64,000 bases of DNA from an uncultured delta proteobacterium. GTDB taxonomy: Bacteria; Desulfobacterota; RBG-13-43-22. The position numbers and the translations under genes are program-made. The notes below the pieces were generated by a model. That model was not told the origin of the DNA and did not search any database. It was given only the letters and a program-made list of their open reading frames with translations. Positions within the stretch are counted from its first letter, which is position 1. Every line of letters starts with the position of its first letter. Below, piece after piece: positions 38,235-47,037 of the stretch. The stretch covers positions 1 through 64,000 of the forward strand of contig CAWDKY010000053.1 in NCBI GenBank assembly GCA_963802945.1, written 5' to 3'.

Positions 38235-39215
38235 ATGAAAAAGATTATTGCACTGTCATGTGGAAGCCCAAGCGGAAACTGCGAAACCTTTATCAGGGCA
38301 GCTGCCGTGGGAGCAGAGGAGTTTGGAATCGAGACCGAGATTATTCGTGCCATGGCGATGAAAGTATTGCCCTTTCCCGGAAGACCCAAGGAAGACGATG
38401 TTAATTGGATCCTCGAAAAAACGGTTGTAGAAGACTGCTCTTTGATCGTCGCTGTTCCCACTTATTATGTCAAGGCCACCGGGATACTTTACAGCATTAG
38501 TGAGAGGATGCTTGGCCTTTGCGTACGGTCTCCGGAAGTCCTGAAAAAAACTAGGGTGGGCGCGGTTATCGGTGTCGGCGGTTCGGGATATGACTCCTGG
38601 GCCAGTCTGACCAATATCTCGACACAGATCTTTGTTCAGCATACCCGCAAAATAGTTGACCAGATACAAATTAATTTCTGCGGATTGAGGGAATGGAATC
38701 TGTGGATGCAACAGGGGGGTCCGCTGACAAGCCATACCCATTTAAACAGAATCATAGACACAGACTACAAGGATGCCCGGGATTTGTGGGGTAAACAGGT
38801 GAGCGCAGCGGAATTTTATAGAATGGCCATTGAGCGAGCCAAAGAATTAGGACGGAATGTTGCCCGGGCAATGGATAAACCGATAGAGGAAGTGGAGTAT
38901 TTAGGTGAAGAAGCGGCGGTGTCCTGTCCCCTTTGCCATAGCAACGTACTTCTGGTCCCTGAGGCCTTGCCCTATGTGGGTTGTCCGATATGCTGGATAC
39001 GAGGGGTTATTACCGTGGATAACGGCAAGATGAAGGTGGAGTGGAATATGAAGGACGTCGAACTCCCCAGATTTTCTTATGAGGGAATGTTACATCATAT
39101 GGAATGGCTGCGCCAAGATGGTGAAAGGCGGCAACAGGATCAGAAAGAAATGGATGAACTGAAAAACAGCGTCCTACCCCACGGTAAACTCATCGGTCCA
39201 GAAAAGGATATTTAG
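38235..39215 (+). CDS. flavodoxin-like (FMN reductase family) protein with C-terminal zinc-ribbon-like motif
   Basis: IIALSCGSPSGNCE, AVPTY, GVGGS; CPLCH...CPIC. Confidence 0.75.
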   Translation: MKKIIALSCGSPSGNCETFIRAAAVGAEEFGIETEIIRAMAMKVLPFPGRPKEDDVNWILEKTVVEDCSLIVAVPTYYVKATGILYSISERMLGLCVRSPEVLKKTRVGAVIGVGGSGYDSWASLTNISTQIFVQHTRKIVDQIQINFCGLREWNLWMQQGGPLTSHTHLNRIIDTDYKDARDLWGKQVSAAEFYRMAIERAKELGRNVARAMDKPIEEVEYLGEEAAVSCPLCHSNVLLVPEALPYVGCPICWIRGVITVDNGKMKVEWNMKDVELPRFSYEGMLHHMEWLRQDGERRQQDQKEMDELKNSVLPHGKLIGPEKDI

Positions 39216-39349
39216 CCTGTGCAGTTTTCTTTGAAAATAATTCCACAAGCAAGATATCTGGGAATTCAAAACTCCCCTATGTCCTCACGTCCCCATTGGG
39301 TCCGACCTCCTCGACTGTTAATTCTTTCTGTACCACCTAACCCATATTC

Positions 39350-39562
39350 TCATTTGACTTTGACACGAATTTTATTTTTTCCAAATTCTACGACATCCCC
39401 TGAAAAGATCTTTTTTCGTTTCCTGGTTTCAACCTTTCCATTTACTATGACTTGACTTTCAGAAATCACATATTTCGCTTCACCACCGCTAGCGACCATA
39501 TTTCCGAACTTCAAGATTTTATAGAGCTCAATTGGTTCTTCTGATATTTCAATTTCTCTCAT
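39350..39562 (-). CDS. S4-domain RNA-binding protein (YaaA/YbcJ-like)
   Basis: IELYKILK..SGGEAKYVI...VNGKVETRKRKKIFSGDVVEF. Confidence 0.9.
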   Translation of the reverse strand: MREIEISEEPIELYKILKFGNMVASGGEAKYVISESQVIVNGKVETRKRKKIFSGDVVEFGKNKIRVKVK

Positions 39563-39596
39563 TACATAACACTCAGTCTTAATGTCATTTGAATAC

Positions 39597-39821
39597 GCAG
39601 AATACTACGTTGACCCGTGGCACGATGCTTGCGGTGTCGAAGGCATATGTGTATTTCGAGGTCGGAGCAAACCAGCCTCTGGAATATCGATTGACTCGCG
39701 GCATCGGTGTTCTGCTTAAAAGCTTCTTTTCGGGGGTAGAATGGTCACATTAAGGCACTTCCCCCCTATCATTTTTTATATCATGCATTGAGGATTCAAT
39801 TCCTGGCCTGATCCGACCCCC
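39597..39821 (-). mobile_element. MITE (39658-39821) fused to the right half of an attC-like site (39597-39657)
   Basis: Imperfect TIRs GGGGTCGGATCAGGCC / GGTTTGCTCCGACCTC, internal ATGCCGCGAGTCAATCGATATT, then AAATACACATATGCCTTCGACAC..CGTGCCACGGGTCAACG. Confidence 0.65.
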
Positions 39822-39845
39822 ATCCACAGATGTTTCAGCTCAGTT

Positions 39846-39944
39846 TCACGATATAGGATAGAACATACTTAAAATAAAGATAAAGAGGCCACTCAGCGCC
39901 ATGAATTTATATAGGTTATCAGTAGGAAGATTCGGAATATTCAT
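39846..39944 (-). pseudogene. probable 5' fragment of a membrane-protein gene next to the MITE
   Basis: GAGGG RBS; MNIPNLPTDNLYKFMALSGLFIFILSMFYPIS* ends about 25 bp before the MITE terminus. Confidence 0.45.
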
Positions 39945-40008
39945 GAGTCCCTCGTCAAAATTTAAAGATATGGTAGATTCTACTTGCATTGTCAAAATCT
40001 AAATGTCC

Positions 40009-40902
40009 TTAATTGTTTTTGTTATGCAACTGGTCCGCAATCTTTTCCCGTTCTATAAAATGTAGTGCCTCTAGAATACCCACGAAAGAATCACCAATAT
40101 GATTACCCTCGAATTCAAGATATTCCCAGTCTCCAAGCAAACCCTTCTCTATTTTAGTCCCAGATTCCACTAGCAAAACCAGCGCATATCCTTTTGCAAG
40201 AGAAAAGGCTAATTCATCTCTAGTCCATATAGATTCTCCATCTGCCGTTATTAGGTAGATTAGGAAGTCCAAAGGCTGCTCCAAACGAGTTATGACCTTT
40301 TGATCTACACGACGTGGTTCATAACCAGCTCCCGTAATGACAGTTACACCCAACAGTTCAAGAAATCTCGATAGTTCGAGAGCTAAAGCTTTTGACCGAG
40401 AGTTAAAACGATACGACAGGAAGCAAGAAAGTTGTTTTTTATTTTCTACCAGTTTCTTTTCCAGTGTATGAAGCCGTTCCTCAATTGCCAAGATTGCGCT
40501 ATCCTTATTTTCAGCAAGTTCAGTGCGTTCCAGTTGAAGACATTCCTCAATTGTTTTGAATATTATTTCAAACTTCTCCGAACTCGATAAGTTCAGGCCT
40601 ACTTGCAGTACACCACGAACTGGCTGAAAAACAATAATATTTGAACGCCCATATTCCTCACCGGGGTCGGCAAAATGGAAGTTCAGGCGCTCTGGATGTT
40701 TTTCAATTTCACAAATGCTCTTAAGCGCTACGACAGTCAAAACCTTAGACTCCTCAATGTTATCATCAATTCGATATTCCCCGCCAATCGAAAACCTATC
40801 GGAAGCCAAACTTAGTTGCGAGATAATCATCTCAAAACAGTTAGCGATTTGATTTGGCTGAAACCTGCGTTGTTTGTAGTATCGGTATGCTGTGAAGCTC
40901 AT
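40009..40902 (-). CDS. protein with C-terminal TIR-like domain
   Basis: CFLSYRF...LSRFLELLGVTV...DFLIYLIT...SIWTRDELAFSLAKG..LVLLVE..GLLGDWEYLEF, after a short coiled coil; GGAGG RBS; AT-rich. Confidence 0.75.
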   Translation of the reverse strand: MSFTAYRYYKQRRFQPNQIANCFEMIISQLSLASDRFSIGGEYRIDDNIEESKVLTVVALKSICEIEKHPERLNFHFADPGEEYGRSNIIVFQPVRGVLQVGLNLSSSEKFEIIFKTIEECLQLERTELAENKDSAILAIEERLHTLEKKLVENKKQLSCFLSYRFNSRSKALALELSRFLELLGVTVITGAGYEPRRVDQKVITRLEQPLDFLIYLITADGESIWTRDELAFSLAKGYALVLLVESGTKIEKGLLGDWEYLEFEGNHIGDSFVGILEALHFIEREKIADQLHNKNN

Positions 40903-40944
40903 AGTTCCTCCCTATTGAAAAAACTCAAAATGTGAAAATGAAGC

Positions 40945-41012
40945 CCATGTGGCGTTAACCAGTGGCACGAAGCTTGAGGTGCTGAAGGCATATGCAAGCG
41001 AGTGACATCGGT
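40945..41012 (-). mobile_element. degenerate attC-like site upstream of the TIR gene
   Basis: Minus strand GTCACTCGCTTGCATATGCCTTCAGCACCTCAAGCTTCGTGCCACTGGTTAACGCC; same family as the half sites at 37964 and 39597; R' GTT is missing. Confidence 0.5.
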
Positions 41013-41276
41013 ATCCCAAGGCACGACAAACACTTCGAATTTCAGATAACCTATTATAATTGATAAATATTATTTTGACAAATTAATTTCTAACCTTTAA
41101 GTTTTCATTTTGTTGAATTTTAAAACCTCCTAAGAGCGCTGTTGATTTGGGTTTGAATCTTGAATAATACTCGAAAGTACGCTACTCTCCAAATTACTTA
41201 TTAAGAAGATTGCTTTCACCACAGAGACACAGAGGGCGCAGAGAAGAACATCAGAAAGTTGAGAAACCCCTGCTTT

Positions 41277-41375
41277 GTCATTCCGGACTTGATCCGGAAT
41301 CCAGTTATTTCAAAATGGTCTGGATACCGGCGTTCGCCGGTATGACGATTATTAGACTTTTTACGAGACCATCAA
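41277..41375. repeat. REP-like paired hairpins with outer MITE end
   Basis: GTCATTCCGGACTTGATCCGGAATCCAG...CTGGATACCGGCGTTCGCCGGTATGAC...GACTTTTTACGAGACCATCAA. Confidence 0.8.
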
Positions 41376-41397
41376 TAATGAAGAAAGGAAAGAACCC

Positions 41398-42111
41398 ATG
41401 ATCGGAAATGTCCGTCGTTGTCTCGGTATTCTCACATTCGGTTTGCTTGTTCTCTGCGGGATTTCAGGCGTGCAGGCATCCGGGATCGCTGTGAAGGACG
41501 GTCAGACAATCGCCTTCCTTGGCGACTCCATCACTGATGATGGTTGGAATAATCCAACCGGTTTTGTGAGGCTTACCGTCGCCGGCCTCAAGGCCAACGA
41601 CATCAGGGTGGCTTCCATACCCGCCGGTATTAGAGGGAACACGTCTGATCAGATGCGGGAACGTCTCAAAAGAGATGTACTCGACAAGAAGCCGGACTGG
41701 ATGATCCTGAGCTGCGGCGTGAATGACGCCCGAGGCGTGCCGCTTGCCAGGTTTAAGACCAACATCACGGCCATTGTGGACCGGTGCAAGACAGGGGGTG
41801 TGAAAGTGGTCATTCTGACTGCGACGGTGATCGGCGAGGACCTGAATAACAAGTACAATAAGAAATTGGCTCTTTACAACGAGTTACTTCGCTCGCTGGC
41901 CAAGGAGAAGAAGTGCCTTCTAGCCGACCTCAACGTAATGTTTCATGAACGAATCAAGGCCGGCCACCTGCTGACCTCTGATGGTATCCATATGAACCCC
42001 GATGGCGATCAGGTAATGGCGATAGGTATACTGCGGGCCTTTGGGCTCAACATCGCCCAGATCAGGAAGGCCGAGAAAGCCTGGATGACTATTCGTGGCC
42101 ATGTCAACTAG
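41398..42111 (+). CDS. exported SGNH/GDSL hydrolase
   Basis: Signal peptide; FLGDSIT, G..G.TS, CGVND, DGIHMN. Confidence 0.92.
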   Translation: MIGNVRRCLGILTFGLLVLCGISGVQASGIAVKDGQTIAFLGDSITDDGWNNPTGFVRLTVAGLKANDIRVASIPAGIRGNTSDQMRERLKRDVLDKKPDWMILSCGVNDARGVPLARFKTNITAIVDRCKTGGVKVVILTATVIGEDLNNKYNKKLALYNELLRSLAKEKKCLLADLNVMFHERIKAGHLLTSDGIHMNPDGDQVMAIGILRAFGLNIAQIRKAEKAWMTIRGHVN

Positions 42112-42285
42112 CGCGCGGTATTAAAGTGTTCTCTTTGATAATAGGCTGAGGGCACCCCGGGAATGAAAATACTTTTTAGGATTCAAGGGGTCAAGGATTC
42201 GAGGATTCAAGTGAGGTGCCTGGAAGTTAACACCCTCGAATCCTAATTTGGATTAATTAACAGGATAAGGAAAAATATTTTATTA

Positions 42286-42462
42286 CAGGTTGCTCAAAAA
42301 GGTCCAGATACAAGGCGCCCGAAGTCCCGAGGAATGAGTCGTACATAGAAGTACGTCGCAATGACGAGGGATAAGGGCAACGCAGTAAATGGGCCTTTTT
42401 GTTCGCCCCACACCTCGTCTCACTCCCACCCCTTCGGGGCGGTGCCCGGTTTCAGCAACCTG
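42286..42462. mobile_element. MITE family 2, copy 2
   Basis: TIRs CAGGTTGCT / AGCAACCTG; core shared with 22020-22144; extra ~50-bp insert near the right end. Confidence 0.78.
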
Positions 42463-44178
42463 TCAATCATTCATCTGATATTCACCGTTAAGCGGAAATA
42501 CATATTTCTCCCAGACACGGCTAACCTGCTCATCATCCCCTGCGGTCCTGATCAGCATGATCTCCTTGCAAAATCCTCTTTGATCCTCTTTGGTCGCATT
42601 CATGCCATAGATCTGCAGGGCAAATGAGGCGAAGTCCCTGACCATAAAATTGAATATCTGGTTGATGATGTCCTTATCCAGATTTTCAATGCCGGACTGC
42701 TCAAGGATCAACTGTCCATAGACCACGATGGAAAACATCTCACCCAGAGGCAAAGAAAAGGAAGAATCCAAATCCTGCTTCTGATCCGGATAAGCCTTGG
42801 TCAATAATTCCTTGTAAAGTTCGATCTGTTTGATGAAGACAGCCACGTTCGGCAGGTCTTTATAGGAATCGAAAGTGGATTGATAGTCGTGAAAGCGGAC
42901 ATTACCCAGACCCTTGGCCGGTCCCTGGTTGAACAGGAACAAATCGTCTTCGGTCGAAAGGTTGGGTGGCACCGGGGGATAATCGAAAGGATTGAAAAAA
43001 TAATTCTTCATGAACTTGCGGATAAGCTGAATGTTGACATGCACCGTACCCTCCAGCTTGGACGGACCCCGAATGTCGCTGACACCCATGGAGAAGTAGG
43101 TGTCCTTCTCAAAACCCTTGGCGGCAATGACATCCCACAGCAGATTGATGACCTCTTCGGCCTGAAGGGTGACCTTCATCTTGCTGGTGGGATTGTAGAG
43201 CAGATAACGCCGGTCCTTTTCGTCGGCCTTCCGGAAATAATCGGTGGCCCGGCGCTGATAGAGCTTCATACCGACCAGACGGAGCCAGGCGTCCATGAAA
43301 TTCTTGCGCACGTGCGGCATATCGGTCACGCGAAGGCCATAGAGGATACGGTTGGCGGCGTGGGTGATGGCCTCGTAAAAGCAATGCTCAGCCACCCCGA
43401 TAGAAGCCGGGCCGATATTGAATTTCCCGATATTGACCGTATTAAGTGCAGAATCCCAGGCCTCCGAACCCCGCGAGAGGAGGTCTTCTTCTCCAATGGG
43501 GTAATCATGCAGGACGAAGTTGGACACATACTCCTGGTGAGAAATGACATTCTTTTTCAGCTCATAGGCCTTATGGCGGTAATTGGTGACGAAAAAGGCA
43601 TAGTCATTCGTGCCGTCTTTTATTTGGCCCATGGTCGAAACCATCTCGGCCTCGTTCCCGTTCCCGATATAATATTTCTCTCCATTGGCCACCCACTGGC
43701 CGTCTCCTTTTGGGGTGAGTGTCGTATCCGTATGGTAGATGTCGGCACCGTGGGCTCGTTCGGAAAGGCCGAAGGCGAAGATCGCCCCTTCCCTTAGAAG
43801 CTTGGCCGCCTTCTGTTTGGCCTTCTCGTTTTTACTCATCCAGATGGGCCCTAAGCCGAGGATGGTCACCTGGAAGCAATACCAGTAACCCAAGCCATAA
43901 AAGGCCAGGAGTTCGCTGTAGGCGTTGTTGCGGGCCGTATCCCAACGGCAATCCGGATCGCCGCCACCATAGGCCTTGGGGGTAAGCAGCTTGGAAAAGA
44001 TGCGTTCTTTTTTGATAAAATCGACAAATTCCTTGTACCAGACCTTCTTATTAAAGTCCTCAAGGAGCCTGGTCTTTCCCATGGTTTCAAAGAATTGGAT
44101 GGTCTTGGTCAAAATGGTTCGCGAACCTTCATCGATCATGAGGCCGGTGAATTTTTTAGGTTGAAGCAGGAAGTTCAT
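42463..44178 (-). CDS. acyl-CoA dehydrogenase
   Basis: FAFGLSERAHGAD, ANGEKYYIGNG, ALNTVNIGKFN, LEGTVHVN. Confidence 0.92.
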   Translation of the reverse strand: MNFLLQPKKFTGLMIDEGSRTILTKTIQFFETMGKTRLLEDFNKKVWYKEFVDFIKKERIFSKLLTPKAYGGGDPDCRWDTARNNAYSELLAFYGLGYWYCFQVTILGLGPIWMSKNEKAKQKAAKLLREGAIFAFGLSERAHGADIYHTDTTLTPKGDGQWVANGEKYYIGNGNEAEMVSTMGQIKDGTNDYAFFVTNYRHKAYELKKNVISHQEYVSNFVLHDYPIGEEDLLSRGSEAWDSALNTVNIGKFNIGPASIGVAEHCFYEAITHAANRILYGLRVTDMPHVRKNFMDAWLRLVGMKLYQRRATDYFRKADEKDRRYLLYNPTSKMKVTLQAEEVINLLWDVIAAKGFEKDTYFSMGVSDIRGPSKLEGTVHVNIQLIRKFMKNYFFNPFDYPPVPPNLSTEDDLFLFNQGPAKGLGNVRFHDYQSTFDSYKDLPNVAVFIKQIELYKELLTKAYPDQKQDLDSSFSLPLGEMFSIVVYGQLILEQSGIENLDKDIINQIFNFMVRDFASFALQIYGMNATKEDQRGFCKEIMLIRTAGDDEQVSRVWEKYVFPLNGEYQMND

Positions 44179-44336
44179 GGTTCACTCCTTTTTTGATCAG
44201 TTGGGCATTGGGTTTTTTTAGAATGTATCAGAAAATGGGATGAATTGTAAAATATTATTAACGGAATTATTGACCAGCCTGGTGACCTTATCAGAAAGAG
44301 GAGACCATTAAAATTCAATGGGGGTCAATATGTTCA

Positions 44337-44365
44337 TTGACATTTTTCTCACTCAATATTAATAA
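44337..44365 (+). promoter_or_regulatory. sigma70-type promoter for the alcohol dehydrogenase gene
   Basis: TTGACA-17 nt-TAATAA. Confidence 0.55.
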
Positions 44366-44466
44366 TAATTTTTATTAATGCCTTGTCGTTCTTTTGACGT
44401 GAACAGGTTTCTTCAACGTCCGATATCTAAACTTCGTTTTTCCAAAACAAAAAAAGGAGAATCATT

Positions 44467-45678
44467 ATGGCGGCGAATATCTTTACATCACCAAGGGAGA
44501 TCTATTATGGTTCCGGAGCTATTGAAAGTGTAAAAGGTTTATTAGGAAAACGCGCCCTGGTCGTCACCGACGCCGGCGTGAAGGCCCAGGGGCTGTCTGA
44601 CCGGCTGGGAGAGATCATTAAAGGCCAAGGAGCGGACCTGGCCGTATTCGATCAAGTGGAATCGGATCCCTCCCGCGAAACAGTCGGAAAGATCCTGGCC
44701 CTGGCCAAAGAGTTTCAACCTGATCTGTTTATCGCTCTGGGCGGCGGCTCCTCGATTGATGCCGCCAAGGCAACCTGGATTCTCTATGAAAATCCAGACA
44801 TGGTCGATCTTCCGGTGATCCAGGTGGGCATGAAGATTCAGCAGTGTGTCCTTCGGAGAAAAGCCCGCCTGATCGCCATTCCCACCACCAGCGGAACAGG
44901 CTCTGAAGTCACTAAAGCGGCCATAATTACCGATTTGACCAGAACTCCTCCCTACAAGGCGACCTGGATGGCCCCCCAAATCGTCCCGGATGCGGCCATC
45001 CTGGACCCTGAATTGACCGTCACCATGCCGCCCCAGATTACAGCCAACACCGGGATGGACGCCCTAGACCATGCGGTTGAGTGTTATGCCCTGACCACGC
45101 CCTCCGACCTGGTTGATCCCCTGGCCCTCTGGTCTGCCCGTACCATTTTTGAATGGCTCCCCAAGGCCGTTGCCAACGGCCAGGATCTTCAAGCCCGTGA
45201 ACGGATGCAGGTGGCTTCGCTCCAGGCCGGATTGGCCTTTACCAACGGAACCCTGGGTTTCGTTCATACTATGGCGCATATTCTCGGGGGTGAATTTCAT
45301 ATGCCCCACGGCCGGGCCATTGCCTATGTGATCTGCCCTGTCTTTTCTTCTTTCTACTCCAACCGCCGGCAACGCGTCGTCGGATTGGCCAAGGCCCTGG
45401 GCCTCCGGGGGAGAAATGATGCGGCCAAAGTTCAAGCCCTACTCAATTTATTCAATCAGCTTAAAAAGGATATCGGCATCCCTTTAGCCATTAAGGATTC
45501 CGACATATCTGAAAGTCAATTTCTCTCCAAGCTGGACTCTCTCATGGAAGTTTACAAGGTTCGGCTTTCGGTTGTACCTCCGGCCATGAAGGCGACGCTG
45601 GGGGTCCCGGATTCGCTGGAAGAAGTCCGGGCCCTTTGGCTGCATGCCTGGAACGGCACGACAGTTGAATTGAAATGA
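44467..45678 (+). CDS. iron-containing alcohol dehydrogenase
   Basis: ALGGGSSIDAAK, IPTTSGTGSEVT, GMDALDHAVE, HTMAH..HMPHG. Confidence 0.93.
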   Translation: MAANIFTSPREIYYGSGAIESVKGLLGKRALVVTDAGVKAQGLSDRLGEIIKGQGADLAVFDQVESDPSRETVGKILALAKEFQPDLFIALGGGSSIDAAKATWILYENPDMVDLPVIQVGMKIQQCVLRRKARLIAIPTTSGTGSEVTKAAIITDLTRTPPYKATWMAPQIVPDAAILDPELTVTMPPQITANTGMDALDHAVECYALTTPSDLVDPLALWSARTIFEWLPKAVANGQDLQARERMQVASLQAGLAFTNGTLGFVHTMAHILGGEFHMPHGRAIAYVICPVFSSFYSNRRQRVVGLAKALGLRGRNDAAKVQALLNLFNQLKKDIGIPLAIKDSDISESQFLSKLDSLMEVYKVRLSVVPPAMKATLGVPDSLEEVRALWLHAWNGTTVELK

Positions 45679-45773
45679 TGCCTATAAAAAGCAGCCGAAA
45701 CCTATCCGATTAGGATAAGAAGAACGAAATAGTTCTGAGATAGGGTTTCAAGAGGCATAACAAATTAATAACA

Positions 45774-45810
45774 AATAGAAATGGGGACGTTTGTCCCCAT
45801 TTCTATTTTT
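45774..45810. terminator. bidirectional terminator-like hairpin
   Basis: AATAGAAATGGGGAC-GTTT-GTCCCCATTTCTATT perfect stem between convergent genes. Confidence 0.7.
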
Positions 45811-45889
45811 GAACCATCTTACCTTGTACAAGCCGACAGCCCCGAATGGATCCTCACTCACAACAGTGAACAACAGCGGGGCCCATTAC

Positions 45890-46786
45890 TTATTCAAACT
45901 TGAAGGACGACATCACATCGAGGTCCGGCTCGGCAATCAGGACCTGATCAATATGATCTGCTATATTCTGGGCCGTAGGCAGACCGTCTTTTTTATTGAA
46001 GCCCTTCGACATATTCATCTTGAATTCGGCTACCTTGACCCCGCCGGTCCCGCCGTGGGCCAGGATGACCCGGCCGTTCAAGCTCTTAGAGAGATCGGAA
46101 GCCAAAAAAACCACCAAGGGGGCCATAGTCGCCGGATTCAACATATCCTCAGTGATCCCTTTGAGGGCCGGAAGATCCGCAGTCATACGGGTATAGGCAT
46201 TGGGGCATATGGCATGGACCCGGATGCCGAACCGACCGAGTTCCGCCGCCGCTGTCTTAGTGAATCCATACATGCCCGCCTTGGCAAAACTATAATTGGC
46301 CTGGCCGAAATTTCCGAAGAGACCGGACATGGAAGTGGTGTTCATGATGACTCCTCCCTGGCCCTGGGTCTTCATAATACGTCCCGCCGCCCTGGTGCAC
46401 AGAAAGGTCCCTCTGGCATGGACCTTCTGGACCAGGTCCCAATCGTTTTCCTCCATGTTCAGGAGTGTTTTATCTCTCAGGATCCCGGCGTTGTGAACCA
46501 TAATATCCAGTCGGCCGAATTTGCTGAGGGCCTTCCAGATCATGTTGTCCACCCCTTCCAGGGTCCCGACGTCCGAATAATCGGCAGTGGCTTGGCCGCC
46601 CATGGCCTTGATTTCATCCACTACCTGATCGGCCACCATAGCCTGTTGTCCCGTTCCGTCCAGGGCTCCGCCCAAATCATTGATCACGACCTTGGCCCCT
46701 TCTTTGACCATGGCTAAGGCCTCCGCTCGGCCGACTCCCCGGCCTGAACCGGTAACAATCGCTACCTTACCATCTAATAGTCCCAT
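45890..46786 (-). CDS. SDR oxidoreductase (3-hydroxyacyl-CoA dehydrogenase-like)
   Basis: VTGSGRGVG, VVINDLG, NAGILRDK, GNFGQANYSFAK (YxxxK). Confidence 0.92.
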   Translation of the reverse strand: MGLLDGKVAIVTGSGRGVGRAEALAMVKEGAKVVINDLGGALDGTGQQAMVADQVVDEIKAMGGQATADYSDVGTLEGVDNMIWKALSKFGRLDIMVHNAGILRDKTLLNMEENDWDLVQKVHARGTFLCTRAAGRIMKTQGQGGVIMNTTSMSGLFGNFGQANYSFAKAGMYGFTKTAAAELGRFGIRVHAICPNAYTRMTADLPALKGITEDMLNPATMAPLVVFLASDLSKSLNGRVILAHGGTGGVKVAEFKMNMSKGFNKKDGLPTAQNIADHIDQVLIAEPDLDVMSSFKFE

Positions 46787-47037
46787 TATTTTCCTCCTTT
46801 GAATGTTTATCTTTGAACCTAACTGCGATCATTTGACCTTATCCATTCCCACCTAATGATTTAGGGAAAGAAGAGAAAAAGATAAATTTTATGGATTCAT
46901 CATTTCTTCGTGATAAAAATCTATACTATCTCTAACCATATTGCCAACTAAAAAAATGCCAACTTTATTTATGTACGTCATACTCATCATAAATAAAGAA
47001 AAATTCACACAGGCAATATCGATACATCTTCCAACGA

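Noticed and set aside
37480-41030. Possible CRISPR array from the recurring sequences
   Set aside because: Repeats are long, diverged, irregularly spaced and separated by whole genes; no cas genes in the window.
42880-46717. Long antisense ORFs (42880-43797, 45791-46717; also 17365-18045, 25918-26604)
   Set aside because: They are shadows of well-supported genes on the opposite strand and show no motifs of their own.
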